The notes: a model not told the origin generated them from the sequence alone. 64,000 bases of DNA from Candidatus Latescibacterota bacterium (GCA_965204745.1 OZ242010.1:1568001-1632000); one strand, 5' to 3'; positions 37,501-47,861 are shown, counted from the first letter of the stretch. A program made the numbers and translations.

Positions 37501-40226
37501 CCGCCTGCTTCCCCGCCTTCCGGCCCCAGGTCGATCACCCAATCCGCAGTCTTAATCACGTCCAAATTGTGTTCGATCACCACCACGGAATTGCCCATAT
37601 CCACCAACCTGTGCAGCACGTCTAACAGATTTTGAATATCGGCAAAATGCAGGCCCGTGGTCGGCTCGTCCAAAATGTACAGGGTCTTGCCCGTGCTCTT
37701 GCGGCACAATTCCTTTGACAACTTGACCCGTTGGGCCTCGCCGCCGGACAGGGTGGGCGCGGGTTGCCCCAAGCGCACGTACCCCATTCCCACGTCGACC
37801 AGGGTTTGCAACACTCGGGAGATGCGCGGGATCGCCTGAAAAAACGCATGGGCCTCCAAAACCTCCATCTCCAGCACGTCCGCAATGGACTTGCCCTTGT
37901 AACGCACGTCCAATGTCTCGCGCTTAAAACGCCGTCCCTCGCACACCGGGCACGTCACCCACACATCCGCCAAAAAATCCATCTCCACCAAATTCGCGCC
38001 ATTGCCCTTGCACGCCTCGCACCGCCCGCCCTTCACATTAAAACTGAATCGCCCGGGCTTGTACCCGCGCACCTTGGACTCGGGCAACTCGGCAAACAAC
38101 GCGCGAATCGGGTCAAAAACACCCGTATAGGTCGCCGCATTGCTGCGCGGCGTGCGCCCGATAGGCTGCTGGTCGATCTCGATGACCTTGTCCAAATGCT
38201 CGATGCCCTCGATGCAGCGGTGCGCGCCGCGCGCCACCTCTGCGCGATTGAGTGCCCGCGCCAGGGCCGGATAGAGAATATCCGCAATCAGCGATGATTT
38301 GCCCGAACCGGACACGCCCGTAACGCAAGTGAACGCGCTGACCGGGATTTTCACGTCGATGTTTTTCAGATTGTTTTGCCGCGCGCCCCGTATCCAGATC
38401 CCCTGGTCCGACACGGCCCGCCTTTGCGGGATGCGGATTTTCCTCTTCCCGGCCAGATACGCCCCGGTCGCGGACCGCGTGCGCCGCGCCACCTGCTTCC
38501 ACGATCCCTCGGCGACCACGCACCCGCCCGTGTGCCCCGCGCCCGGCCCAAAATCCACCACCCGGTCCGCGCGTCTCATCGCGTCTTCATCGTGTTCCAC
38601 CACGATGACCGTATTGCCCACATCCCGCAGTCGGCACAGCGCGTCGAGCAGTCGGCGGTTGTCGCGGTGATGCAGGCCAATCGACGGCTCGTCCAACACG
38701 TACGTCACCCCGACCAAGCCGGAGCCGATCTGACTCGCCAAGCGAATGCGCTGCGCCTCGCCCCCGGACAGGGTCGGCGCCGTGCGATCCAGCGCGAGAT
38801 AATCCAGCCCCACGTCCAACAGAAATCGCAACCGCCCGACAATTTCCTTCAATGCGTCCTCGGCGATCCGCGCCTGCACTTCGGTCAGTTTGAGCGAAGT
38901 AAAAAAAGCGTGCGCCTCGGCGACCGTCATCGCCGCGACCTCGGGCAGGTTCTCGCCTTCGATCTCGACCGAGAGGGCTTCGGGCTTTAAGCGTGCGCCG
39001 CGGCATTTGGGACATTTGCCCACGCGCATAAACGGCGCCAACCGCTTGCGGATCAGGGGGCTGCGCCCCTCGGCAAATTGTCGTTCCAGCGGTGGCAAAA
39101 TCCCCTCGAAAACATCGCGGTGGCGTTTCACACTGCCATTGCTCCGCCGCCATTCAAAGATCATCTCGCCCTCGATGCCGTATAACAACGCCCGTTGTCC
39201 CTTGCGTGAAATGCGTTGCCACGGCACGTCCAAGGTCGCGCCATAGCGTTTCAACACGCCCGCGTAATAGTGGTTCTTCCACCGGTTTTTGGGGATGCCC
39301 AACGGCGCGATAGCGCCCTTGCGTACGGACAGCGTGGGATCGGCTACGACCTTGTCGAGATCCATCGCAACGCGCGTACCCAAGCCGTGACAGCCGGGGC
39401 ACATCCCCTGCGGGCTGTTGAACGAAAACAACTGCGGCACGGGTTCCTGCGCGCTGCGCCCGCACTTGGGACAGGAAAAATGCGTGCTCAACAACAGATC
39501 GTCCGCCCCCTCTGCGCTGACGATCACCGCGCCCTTGCCCATCAGCAACCCGGCATCTACGGCCTCGCCGATGCGCGCCCGCGCGTCCTCTTTGACCGCG
39601 ATCCTGTCGATCACCACCTCGATATCGTGTCGGATATAGCGTTCCAATTTTGGGGTCTCGGTCAGTGCCGCCACTCGCCCATCCACGCGCACGCGGATGT
39701 ACCCCTCCTTTTGCAAATTCTCAAACAGATCGCGGTACTCCCCTTTGCGGCCCTGCACTAGTGACGCCATGATGTGAATGCGCGTGCCCTCGCCCAATGC
39801 CATGATGCGATCCACGATGCCATCGCGCGTTTGCGCCCCTATCGGCGTGTGGTCATACACGCAATGCGGCGTGCCCACCCGCGCAAACAGCACGCGCAAG
39901 TAGTCGTAGATTTCCGTGATCGTGCCCACAGTAGATCGGGGGTTGCGCCCCGCGGTCTTTTGCTCGATAGAAATCGTCGGCGACAAGCCCGTGATCTGAT
40001 CCACTTCGGGCTTTTCCATCTGCCCCAAAAATTGCCGCGCATACGCCGATAACGACTCGACATACCGCCGCTGCCCTTCGGCGTAAATCGTATCAAACGC
40101 CATCGACGACTTGCCCGAACCCGAAACACCCGTAAAACAGATCAAGGCGTGTCGGGGCAACGTCAGGTCCACATTCTGCAAATTGTGAACCCGCGCGCCC
40201 TTCACGACGATATTCTTTGTCTCCAT
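34575..40226 (-). CDS. uvrA: Double-length excinuclease ABC subunit A (tandem UvrA-UvrA fusion)
   Basis: Four GVSGSGKSS Walker A motifs, four LSGGEAQR signatures, two YAEGQRRYVESLSAYARQFLG blocks, zinc fingers. Confidence 0.93.
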   Translation of the reverse strand: METKNIVVKGARVHNLQNVDLTLPRHALICFTGVSGSGKSSMAFDTIYAEGQRRYVESLSAYARQFLGQMEKPEVDQITGLSPTISIEQKTAGRNPRSTVGTITEIYDYLRVLFARVGTPHCVYDHTPIGAQTRDGIVDRIMALGEGTRIHIMASLVQGRKGEYRDLFENLQKEGYIRVRVDGRVAALTETPKLERYIRHDIEVVIDRIAVKEDARARIGEAVDAGLLMGKGAVIVSAEGADDLLLSTHFSCPKCGRSAQEPVPQLFSFNSPQGMCPGCHGLGTRVAMDLDKVVADPTLSVRKGAIAPLGIPKNRWKNHYYAGVLKRYGATLDVPWQRISRKGQRALLYGIEGEMIFEWRRSNGSVKRHRDVFEGILPPLERQFAEGRSPLIRKRLAPFMRVGKCPKCRGARLKPEALSVEIEGENLPEVAAMTVAEAHAFFTSLKLTEVQARIAEDALKEIVGRLRFLLDVGLDYLALDRTAPTLSGGEAQRIRLASQIGSGLVGVTYVLDEPSIGLHHRDNRRLLDALCRLRDVGNTVIVVEHDEDAMRRADRVVDFGPGAGHTGGCVVAEGSWKQVARRTRSATGAYLAGKRKIRIPQRRAVSDQGIWIRGARQNNLKNIDVKIPVSAFTCVTGVSGSGKSSLIADILYPALARALNRAEVARGAHRCIEGIEHLDKVIEIDQQPIGRTPRSNAATYTGVFDPIRALFAELPESKVRGYKPGRFSFNVKGGRCEACKGNGANLVEMDFLADVWVTCPVCEGRRFKRETLDVRYKGKSIADVLEMEVLEAHAFFQAIPRISRVLQTLVDVGMGYVRLGQPAPTLSGGEAQRVKLSKELCRKSTGKTLYILDEPTTGLHFADIQNLLDVLHRLVDMGNSVVVIEHNLDVIKTADWVIDLGPEGGEAGGRVLGVGTPEQLAESPESHTGRALGEVLARTPVVADEADRMRAHGRVRTIDVWGARENNLQDVDVSIPREKMTVISGVSGSGKSSLALDTIYAEGQRRYVESLSAYARQFLGRMPKPKVDRVLGLSPAIAIEQKAASKNPRSTVGTVTEVYDYLRALYALLGDVYCPECDAKAGSQAVAEIVDRVLKLGRRLYLLAPVDLGKGEDYASLLNRFRRDGYLRGRLDGRVFELATPPEIDYRQSHRVEILVDRVVAEEKNRKRIAESAERALDISGGILIVASPDDEEETRFSQHLSCPSCGRSFEAIIPQRMSFNSYEGWCLACEGLGTQRGMGLHTLIPDVHKSLAEGAVLAWGEVGATTPLGRMLSAVGEAAGFALDTPFARISQQGQHAILYGLGERWLKGPDRIAFQFKGLFPTLDALVRQAPRFRRLMGEFIQDVPCPTCKGVRLRAESAAVRLFGKTMPEVAAMPIADVRAWFDAMALTGQAREAAGEVLSEIQSRARFLHEVGLGYLNLGRRAPTLSGGEAQRIRLASQIGSGLTGVLYVLDEPTIGLHQRDNRRLLGALARLRDLGNSLLVVEHDRETLTKADHILDFGPGAGGEGGRVVATGAPHTLHGDNGSSTARYLSGALQIAVPEARREAGNGALCIRGARHNNLKNVDVAFPLGTLTCVTGVSGSGKSSLVNDVLFGALAARVNKARNAWGEHDDAMGLELVDKVINIDQTPIGHSPRSNPATYVKVFDKIRQLYASLPNAQVRGFLAGHFSFNHKRGRCDACAGLGARCIEMHFLPDVWVQCELCGGKRYNRDVLDITYKGASIAEVLAMNVAEALAHFATVPGIARSLQTLFDVGLGYLEMGQASTTLSGGEAQRVKLARELARPNTGQTVYILDEPTTGLHVADIQKLLDVLNRLVDAGNTAIVIEHNLDVIKTADWVIDLGPEGGDAGGDLIACGTPEEVAAVTASHTGRFLKEVLAGG

Positions 40227-40346
40227 AAAAACCTCACATAAAAAAAACCCATGACAAAACATATCATGGGCTTTATTTTTTTCAAGTCAACAAAGCGATA
40301 AAAAAAAACGCTAACCAGATCAACGCAAAGGGGTTCGGAAAGCACG

Positions 40347-40613
40347 TCAATAGCCCTCTTTGTGGGGGTCCCAACCAAATGCCTCGATCATGGTCTGTCG
40401 ATCCAAGCGCAACGCGCCGAAGCGAAGGCGAATTTCCCGATCATCTGCTTTGGGATACCGACTGCGAATGCCCGCGACTGCGAGATCCGTACACGCCTGA
40501 GAGAGTTGAGATATTTTTTCGGCTTTCTCGTGCGGCGTCATGCGCCGATACGCTTCAATGAGCAGGCGTTCCACTTTGAAGCTGGTATCGTGCGATTGTG
40601 TTTTGTAAGCCAT
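40347..40613 (-). CDS. Small protein resembling Rv0078B (MenA1)-type antitoxins
   Basis: DTS..VERLLIEAYRRMTP.EK...L...GIRSRYP.AD.REIRLR pattern; family assigned from memory. Confidence 0.55.
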   Translation of the reverse strand: MAYKTQSHDTSFKVERLLIEAYRRMTPHEKAEKISQLSQACTDLAVAGIRSRYPKADDREIRLRFGALRLDRQTMIEAFGWDPHKEGY

Positions 40614-40640
40614 ACCATGCCATACCATGCCATACCATGC
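40611..40640. repeat. (CATACCATGC)3 over the start codon
   Basis: Three perfect 10-mers. Confidence 0.9.
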
Positions 40641-40837
40641 TCCAGCGACAGCGATTTGGACTTTGAATTTTAATATCTGAGGATATTTCGCCGATGTTCC
40701 TTCGGTGTCCAATTTGGATATCGCATCATCAACCCGTCTTCAACACATTCCGCGTTCCCCCGTTCAGGGGGTTAGGGTAAGCCTACGTAGCAGTTCAATA
40801 TAGCGATTTTGAGTTGCAAAGTCTATTTTCAAAAAAA

Positions 40838-40867
40838 GGTCGGATGGACTGATTGCCCATCCGACCC
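40838..40867 (-). terminator. Rho-independent terminator
   Basis: ggtcggatgg actgattgc ccatccgacc stem; the A-run at 40831-40837 gives a U-tract on the minus strand. Confidence 0.7.
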
Positions 40868-40891
40868 GTTGACAAACCCGTTGTGTCGAGG

Positions 40892-42691
40892 TTACTGACC
40901 TGCGGGTTTTTCGTTGGTTGTCCAGCCTTTCAACCAATTGTTGGCAGGATCGACGCCGCCGATAAAGTTGACGGAGTCAAAGAAGCCATCATCCGGAGGC
41001 GAGGCCACGGGCACTGTGCCATTAACCGCAGGCGAACCGGCTCCGGGCGTGAAGTCGGGCGATGACTGATTGTAAGGATCCATCAGCATGGGATCGGTTT
41101 CGGCATTGTTAAACTGCGGATTGGTTGCCCATGCTCTTTCGTCAAACCCGTCGCTGTCGATTTCAAAGTTGCCTGCGACGCCTTCAACCTTGTTGTTGAA
41201 GAAGATGGTGTTCTGAAGCGAGAGCGCGCCGCTTTCGGCTTGGTTGTGGGTGGAGGAACCATCGACATCCAACCCGCCCTTGTTGAAACCTATGACGATG
41301 AAGTTTCGCAAGGTCGCTGCTGTGCCGTGACGCAACAACAGGCCAGTGTCGGATTCGGGGCCATTGGGATCGCCCACCAGGGTCACGTTGTAAATCGTAG
41401 GATTGGAGCGCGGTATGAGTTCGGTGTTGTCTTTTTTGTTGTCGGCTTCAAAGCCGTGGTTAGCAGCGTCGCCGTGTTGCTGTGCCACCCAGAACTGCCC
41501 CTTGCCCGTCCAGCCGTCTGTCCAGTCGAAAGAGTCGTCGCGGATGCCAGAGCAGTAGAGGTATTTGGCGTTGACCGTGCCGCCGAAGAACTCGATGCCG
41601 TCGTCCTGATTGTAGTGAACCTGTATGTATTCCACAACTGTGCCAGAGCCGACGCCTTGGAAGGCGATGCCATTGAGTTCGTTATCCGGAGAGAACTCGA
41701 TGCCTGCGAACTCGACTCGGACGTAACGCAGGACGCCAGAATTGTCGCCGGGATCATTGCCGCCGTACGTTCCCGTATTGCCTTCGCCTTCAGCGGTGGC
41801 CCCTGTGTTGACGGGCGCGCGACCGTTGATGATGAGACCGCCCCATTGACCGCGATCACGCTGGCCTTCCTCTGCGTCAGAAGTGAACACTATCGGCTTG
41901 TCCGCACGGCCATTGGCATGGATTTTGCCACCTTGCGCGATGATGAGCGTGCCATTGGTGGCCCCCTCGCCAAAGATGGTGGTGCCGGGTTCAATGGTGA
42001 GTGTCGCGCCTGCTTGTACGAAAACTGCATCGGAGAGGAGATAGTATTTATCGGCGGTCAAAAGGCGATCAGACGTTATGTTGCCCCTGATCACTTCGGG
42101 ATGACCAGAGGCCATGCCCGAAGGCGTGGTCATTGCCATCGCGGTTGCGCTCGGGATTGACGCGCCCGCTGAGGTAACGGGGACAATGCGATAGGTGTAT
42201 TCCGTGCCAGGAACCAGATCGGTATCGGTGTAACTCGTGCCTGCTATGTTTTCAATGGCTGTGAAGTCAGACATGCCCTGCATTGCGCGTTCCACATTGT
42301 AACTCGTGGCGTCGGCAACAGCCGCCCAACTGATGGCGATAGACATGCCGCTTTGTGCGGCGAGCATCGGGGCTTCAGTTCCTGGTGGTGTGTAAGATTG
42401 ACCAAAAACACCGGCAAAGACGAGGAAGTCGGGAAAGTCAATCTCTCCATTTCCATTGAGATCCATCCTGACATCAAAATCGGGATCTGATGAAGTTTTG
42501 CCAAAAACACCGGCAAAGGCGAGAAAGTCGGGGAAATCGACCGCCCCACTTTCATCGAAATCGGCACGCACCACATTATCTGTTTGTGCGTGGGCGACGC
42601 CGACCAGACCATACGTTAAGCCCAAAACGAGAACTGCGCGGTAAAAACGTCTCACAAGTTGTCCTTTCATGCGTGAGTGGATGAGCCTCAT
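40892..42691 (-). CDS. Secreted protein: EF-hand/dockerin-like + FN3 + conserved beta-helix domain
   Basis: Signal peptide ending AHA-Q; ADFDESGAVDFPDFLAFAGVFG x2; FN3 (W..V..ATSY.V.R...YTDT.L.PGTEYTYRI); LTIEPGT, QWGGLIING, DNSGVLRYVRVEFAG, DDGIEFFGG, DDSFDWTDG. Confidence 0.8.
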   Translation of the reverse strand: MRLIHSRMKGQLVRRFYRAVLVLGLTYGLVGVAHAQTDNVVRADFDESGAVDFPDFLAFAGVFGKTSSDPDFDVRMDLNGNGEIDFPDFLVFAGVFGQSYTPPGTEAPMLAAQSGMSIAISWAAVADATSYNVERAMQGMSDFTAIENIAGTSYTDTDLVPGTEYTYRIVPVTSAGASIPSATAMAMTTPSGMASGHPEVIRGNITSDRLLTADKYYLLSDAVFVQAGATLTIEPGTTIFGEGATNGTLIIAQGGKIHANGRADKPIVFTSDAEEGQRDRGQWGGLIINGRAPVNTGATAEGEGNTGTYGGNDPGDNSGVLRYVRVEFAGIEFSPDNELNGIAFQGVGSGTVVEYIQVHYNQDDGIEFFGGTVNAKYLYCSGIRDDSFDWTDGWTGKGQFWVAQQHGDAANHGFEADNKKDNTELIPRSNPTIYNVTLVGDPNGPESDTGLLLRHGTAATLRNFIVIGFNKGGLDVDGSSTHNQAESGALSLQNTIFFNNKVEGVAGNFEIDSDGFDERAWATNPQFNNAETDPMLMDPYNQSSPDFTPGAGSPAVNGTVPVASPPDDGFFDSVNFIGGVDPANNWLKGWTTNEKPAGQ

Positions 42692-42726
42692 AGCTCGGTG
42701 ACGGGGTTTCGGGGAGAGAAGGGGAG

Positions 42727-45522
42727 TTAGTAATCGTAGCTGATGCCAAAGGAGAAGGATCGCCCGGCCTTGTATTCGCGGGCGATGCTCTCTCGCTGTT
42801 TGAACCGTATCTCGCTGTCGAGCAGGTTTTTGGCCGATGCTTTCAAGGTGAATTGGGCGAATTTTTTCTTGATATTAAAGTCGAGTTGGTGCCGGGGTTG
42901 TTCAAAGACATCGGGCAAGCCTTGCGCGCCCACTTCGCTGATGCGGCGGCCAAAGACGTTGTAGAGCAAGTTGGCTTGGAACCCGTGGTCGGGTTTGTCG
43001 TAGCCGAGTGTGGCGTTGACCGCGTAGGGCGATTGGCCCTGAAGCGCGCGTTCGCTGGAAGTCTGGACGCCAATGTCGGGGTCGATTTCGATTTGTGACT
43101 TGACCAGCGTGACATTGGTGTTGATGGACAGGGGTTCTAGCGAGGGGGCGAGCGCGTCGAGGCGACGGCGAAATTCAAATTCGATGCCGTAATTGGTCGC
43201 AACTTTGGCGTTTTGATAGGTGACGCTGAGTTGTGCGGTGGGGCGAATGATTTGCTCGATGGGGCCGTGGAACTTTTTGTAGAAGGCACTGATGGCGACG
43301 AGTTCACCCAAACGAGGGAAAATTTCAAAGCGAAAATCGAAGTTGTCGATGGTGCTGCGCTGGAGGTCGGGATTGCCCGAGACGGCGCGCCCGCCGATGA
43401 AATCGACAAACTCAAAGGGCGCGAGTTCTCGAAAGTCTGGACGCGACAAGGTGCGGGAATACGCCGTGCGGAAATTGGTGCGGTCATTGAGTTTATAGAC
43501 CAAGTTGAGGCCGGGCAGGTAGTCCGTGTTGTCGAGGGTCACTTCAATAGGGGTGGCGGTCGTGCTGAACGGATCGAAGGAAATGAGTTCTTGTTTGGAA
43601 TTTTCAACGCGCACGCCGCCCACAAAACGCCACTGGCGCGAGAGCTGGAGATCGGCCATCGCGTACGCGGCCCAGGTGTATTGAGACGCGCTGTAGTTAT
43701 CCACGTTGCGGGTGGTTTCGCGCAACTCGAACCGACGGGGCGCGATGTTGTCTGGCGTAAAAATGTCTTCGGGATCGAGGGTCAGATCGACATAGCGCTG
43801 AATGCCGCTAGATTGCTCAAAGCGGAATCGGCGGGCGTCAAAGGTGCGGTCTTTGGTCAAGCCCTTGGTGCCGAACTTCAATTTGGAGGGGCGGCCGTTG
43901 AAGCCCGAAAAGGGAATCGCCCAATCGACTTTGGCGCTTTGGGCATTGTCGATGAGGTCGAAAAAGAAGCGGCTGCCGCTTTGCGTGATGTCGAAAAAGG
44001 TCCATTCGCCATCGCGCATTTCGTAGAGGACTTCGCGGTTGTCGGGTTCGTCTCGCGTGGCTTTGGACAAATTGAGCAGCCAGTCGATGTTGGAATTGAG
44101 GAGAAAGCCAATGTGATGCGCGCCGGACAATTGCCCAGAGAGAATGCCGCGCTCCACGAATCGCAACCGGTAATCGCGCAGGTCCGTGTCGCGGTCGGAA
44201 TTGAAGCCCGTGTACGTGCGCGCTTCGTTGTCCGTGTTGCGGTTAAAGAGGGTCTTGAGGCTGATTTTGTGACGGGGCGACAAGCGGAGGCTGCTGTTGA
44301 ACAAGACGCCCCAAAGGATGTTGTTGGTCGTGCTGTTCACGTCATAAGTGGAAAAGGGCGAGAGCACTTCGTCGCCGGATTGGTCTTTGGTGATGTGGTA
44401 GGAGTTCCAAATTTCGCTTCTGTTGTCAAAGCTGTTGTCGTAGGTAAATGAGAAGATGTAGCCGAGTTCGCGGTCACCCGAGCCAACGGCGTTGCCGATG
44501 CTGATGCTATAGCCCTGATTGGCTGGCGCGGTTTTGGTTTTGGGCTGCCACACATTGGCGAATGCCTGCCCAAATTGCTGGATTTCTTCGGCGGTAAATC
44601 CGGTGGTGGAAAACCGCCCGCGTTTGCGAACGGGCTGGTCCGCGGCCTGCGTTTTGAGCATTTCGGGCAGGGCGCGCGTGCCGTCATCCACGCCAAAAAA
44701 ATCCCACGAGCCGCCGTCGTAGGTTTGAATGTCTTTGAAACTGGTTTGGGAGTGGTAGCCCGCAGAGGTGGAAATTGAGAAGGTGAATTTGCTCGGGAAC
44801 TCCCGGGTTTTGATTTGGACGGATCCGCCGGAAAAATCCCCCGGTTGATCGGGCGAAAAGGTTTTGGAGACTTGGATGTTTTCCAACAGGCCCGCGGGGA
44901 AAATGTCCATGGGCACGACGCGCCTGTTCGGCTCGGGGCTTGGAATGTCTGCACCGTTGACTTGCGTGTTGCTATAACGCTCTCCAAGGCCGCGCACGTA
45001 CGTGTATTTGCCGCCCACGATGGTGATGCCGGTCACGCGCTTGAGGGCGTCTCCCGCGTCTGAGGACGAGGATCGGCTCATCAATTCCGCGCTGATGCCG
45101 TCCGTGACCACCGGGGCTTTTTGCTGAATGATGAGCATCGAGACTTCGCTGTTTTGTTCGGCTCGGGCGGTGACGACGATTTCAGCGGCGCGCATGGTTT
45201 CGGGAGGGAGGGAGATGTTGAGGATTGTGGGGTCGTCGGCTTTGACTGCCACGCCGGTGATTTTTTTGGTGGCGTAGGAGATGTAGCTGACTTCTAGGTC
45301 GTGCGTGCCCACGGGCGCGCCGAGGGTAAAGCGACCGTCGAGGTCCGTCGCCGTGCCATAAGCGGGCGCGCCGGTTTCGCTTTTGATGACGACGTTCGCG
45401 CCGATGAGGGATTCGCCGGTTTCCGCATCGACGACAATGCCCTGCACTTTGCCCCTGTCCTGCGCTTGGGCGGGGAGCATGGTGGCAACGAGGATGAACA
45501 GGAGTGATCGCATTTTCTTCAT
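42727..45522 (-). CDS. TonB-dependent receptor
   Basis: N-terminal carboxypeptidase-regulatory-like domain, plug [25 protein letters not shown], terminal ISYDY. Confidence 0.92.
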   Translation of the reverse strand: MKKMRSLLFILVATMLPAQAQDRGKVQGIVVDAETGESLIGANVVIKSETGAPAYGTATDLDGRFTLGAPVGTHDLEVSYISYATKKITGVAVKADDPTILNISLPPETMRAAEIVVTARAEQNSEVSMLIIQQKAPVVTDGISAELMSRSSSSDAGDALKRVTGITIVGGKYTYVRGLGERYSNTQVNGADIPSPEPNRRVVPMDIFPAGLLENIQVSKTFSPDQPGDFSGGSVQIKTREFPSKFTFSISTSAGYHSQTSFKDIQTYDGGSWDFFGVDDGTRALPEMLKTQAADQPVRKRGRFSTTGFTAEEIQQFGQAFANVWQPKTKTAPANQGYSISIGNAVGSGDRELGYIFSFTYDNSFDNRSEIWNSYHITKDQSGDEVLSPFSTYDVNSTTNNILWGVLFNSSLRLSPRHKISLKTLFNRNTDNEARTYTGFNSDRDTDLRDYRLRFVERGILSGQLSGAHHIGFLLNSNIDWLLNLSKATRDEPDNREVLYEMRDGEWTFFDITQSGSRFFFDLIDNAQSAKVDWAIPFSGFNGRPSKLKFGTKGLTKDRTFDARRFRFEQSSGIQRYVDLTLDPEDIFTPDNIAPRRFELRETTRNVDNYSASQYTWAAYAMADLQLSRQWRFVGGVRVENSKQELISFDPFSTTATPIEVTLDNTDYLPGLNLVYKLNDRTNFRTAYSRTLSRPDFRELAPFEFVDFIGGRAVSGNPDLQRSTIDNFDFRFEIFPRLGELVAISAFYKKFHGPIEQIIRPTAQLSVTYQNAKVATNYGIEFEFRRRLDALAPSLEPLSINTNVTLVKSQIEIDPDIGVQTSSERALQGQSPYAVNATLGYDKPDHGFQANLLYNVFGRRISEVGAQGLPDVFEQPRHQLDFNIKKKFAQFTLKASAKNLLDSEIRFKQRESIAREYKAGRSFSFGISYDY

Positions 45523-45596
45523 GGGACGGTTCCTTTCGATAACGAGCAGTGCCCTTTCAAGTGTGCGAAAATGTAAGTTGACCATGTTGTGGCGCA

Positions 45597-45625
45597 GTTA
45601 CAACTGAGTGACGATTTTGTGACAA
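45597..45625 (-). promoter_or_regulatory. Pho box (three 11-bp-spaced half sites)
   Basis: Minus strand TTGTCAC aaaa TCGTCAC tcag TTGTAAC; PhoB consensus is CTGTCAT-N4 repeats. Confidence 0.7.
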
Positions 45626-45794
45626 CCCGATTCGCCAAACCCGCAGACAGATCCGGCGTCAACGCGCCATTCTCCCCTATCGCCGCAGGCAACGCGATAG
45701 CGTCGCGGTGAACTCCGGCGGTGCTTTGGCTTTCTTCATTGCGGAGAACGCGGTTGTTTGTTATGGTTTATCTTTGAACGGAAAGGAGGCGCGT

Positions 45795-46739
45795 ATGCGC
45801 GGTTGTAGGGCAATTTTGGGCGTGCTCTGGTTGGTTTGGGCAGGGCCAAGCGAGGGGGCAGATGCCGAGTTCAAGGGCATGGTGTTTGGCGATTATTATT
45901 TTATTGCCAGCGGCGCACGGGAGAAGGAGAACGGGTTTCGGGTTCGGCGCGTGTACCTCACGCACGACTTGAGGTGGAATAAGGCGATTGCGGGGCGGGT
46001 TCGTCTGGAGGCGAACGATGGCGGGTTTAACAGCCAAAAAAAATTAGAGGTCTATCTTAAAAATGTCTATTTACATCTGAAAAATGATCGACACGCGGTT
46101 TATGTGGGCCTGTCGGGCACGCCAACGTGGAATGTATCGGAGGCGGCGTGGGGTTATCGCTCCGTACAGAAGACGATGATGGATCGCAACAAGATCGCTT
46201 CCTCCACGGATATGGGCATTGCGTATCGCGGGCGATTGGATGGAGATGGAAAGGTGAATGCGCGGTTGACGTTGGGCAATGGCAGCGGGGTGCGCTCGGA
46301 GGAGAACAATGGGAAGCGGATCTACGGGTTGCTGCATTTCAAACCGAGTGCTTTGAATGCGACCGCGTATGCCGATTGGGAAAGGCGCGGGGGTGGTGAA
46401 GACCGCACGACGGTTGCGGCCTTTGTGGGGCTGATAGACAGAAAATTTCACGGAGGGGTGGAGGGCTTTGTGCAATGGCGAAATGTTGACAACACACAGG
46501 TGCGGGGGATTTCGCTGTTCGGCACGGGGCGAATCAGCAGAAAGGCCAAGGTGTTTGTGCGCGGCGATTTGTTCGATCCAAACGACCAGTCTGGCAAAGA
46601 CCACGAGTATTTCTTCCTCGGGGGCGTGGATTATGAACCCGCAAGAGATGTTCACGTCATGCCCAATGTGCTGGTCGCGCAGGTGGGGGATGACGAGGCC
46701 GAAGTGATTCCCAGGCTGACGCTTTTTGTGAAGTTTTGA
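45795..46739 (+). CDS. Outer-membrane porin (phosphate-selective OprO/P-like)
   Basis: Signal peptide, GFRVRRVYL, LKNVYL, amphipathic strands, terminal Phe; directly upstream of pstS. Confidence 0.7.
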   Translation: MRGCRAILGVLWLVWAGPSEGADAEFKGMVFGDYYFIASGAREKENGFRVRRVYLTHDLRWNKAIAGRVRLEANDGGFNSQKKLEVYLKNVYLHLKNDRHAVYVGLSGTPTWNVSEAAWGYRSVQKTMMDRNKIASSTDMGIAYRGRLDGDGKVNARLTLGNGSGVRSEENNGKRIYGLLHFKPSALNATAYADWERRGGGEDRTTVAAFVGLIDRKFHGGVEGFVQWRNVDNTQVRGISLFGTGRISRKAKVFVRGDLFDPNDQSGKDHEYFFLGGVDYEPARDVHVMPNVLVAQVGDDEAEVIPRLTLFVKF

Positions 46740-46801
46740 CCTACTCCCCGGCCCCGTTAGGGGAATGGAGCAACGAGCGGTATCACATGAATGACGCGCT
46801 T

Positions 46802-46819
46802 TTGTCATATCGTTGTAAC
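46802..46819 (+). promoter_or_regulatory. Pho box upstream of pstS
   Basis: TTGTCAT atcg TTGTAAC. Confidence 0.7.
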
Positions 46820-46881
46820 ACGGTAGAAGTTCATTTTTGTACGACTAACCTTTGTGCGTAACCATGGAGAGGAGGATCGTG

Positions 46882-47850
46882 ATGACGCGGTTTATTTGTC
46901 TGCTTGCGAGCGTGGCTGTTTTCGCCCATGCCGGGGCGCAGGCGCAGCAAGCCGAAGGGGATGCGGGGATTCCCGCGTATCAGAAGGTGAGTGGGATTTC
47001 GGGCAGTGCGAATAGCATTGGGTCCGATACGATGAACAATTTGATGACCCTGTGGCTGGAGGGATTTCGCAAGTACTATCCCAATGTCAAAATTCAGGTT
47101 GAGGGCAAGGGGTCGAGCACGGCACCGCCCGCGCTGATCGAGGGCACGGCGCAATTTGGGCCTATGTCGCGCCCGATGAAGAATACGGAGATCGATAAAT
47201 TTGAGCAGCATTTTGGGTATCCCCCAACCCTGTTGCGGACTTCGCTGGACGCGCTGGCGATTTTTGTCAACAAGGACAATCCGATTGAAGGGTTGAGTTT
47301 GCCGCAGGTGGATGCGATTTTTTCCAAGACGCGGCGCGGGGAGTACAAAGAAAATATCGCGCGCTGGAAGCAGGTGGGTTTGGAAGGCGATTGGGCAAAT
47401 GCCGCGCTGAGTCTTTACGGGCGCAATTCCGCGTCTGGCACGTATGGGTTTTTCAAGGATCACGCCTTGTTTAAGGGCGATTACAAAGACGAGGTGAAGG
47501 AGCAACCGGGGTCCGCTTCGGTGGTTCAAGGCGTTGCCGAAGACCGGTATGGCATTGGGTACAGCGGGATTGGGTACAGGACTTCTGGCGTGCGGATCGT
47601 GCCACTCTCATTGGAGACGGGCGGAGAGTTTAAGGAGGGGACTATCGAAAACGTGATCGACGGGTCGTACCCGCTCGGGCGTTTTTTGTATTTGTACATC
47701 AACAAGGCCCCAAACAAGCCGCTCGATCCGCTGGTGCGGGAATTTTGCAAGTTCATTTTTTCCCAAGAAGGCCAAGAGATCGTGACAAAAGACGGGTACA
47801 TGCCCGTGCCCGCCCAAGTGGCGAAAGAAGCGCGGGAGAAGCTGGAATAG
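46882..47850 (+). CDS. pstS: Phosphate ABC transporter substrate-binding protein
   Basis: GSDTMNNLM, GKGSSTAPPAL, GRNSASGTYGFF, YPLGRFLYLY. Confidence 0.95.
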   Translation: MTRFICLLASVAVFAHAGAQAQQAEGDAGIPAYQKVSGISGSANSIGSDTMNNLMTLWLEGFRKYYPNVKIQVEGKGSSTAPPALIEGTAQFGPMSRPMKNTEIDKFEQHFGYPPTLLRTSLDALAIFVNKDNPIEGLSLPQVDAIFSKTRRGEYKENIARWKQVGLEGDWANAALSLYGRNSASGTYGFFKDHALFKGDYKDEVKEQPGSASVVQGVAEDRYGIGYSGIGYRTSGVRIVPLSLETGGEFKEGTIENVIDGSYPLGRFLYLYINKAPNKPLDPLVREFCKFIFSQEGQEIVTKDGYMPVPAQVAKEAREKLE

Positions 47851-47861
47851 GGAGATGGAAG

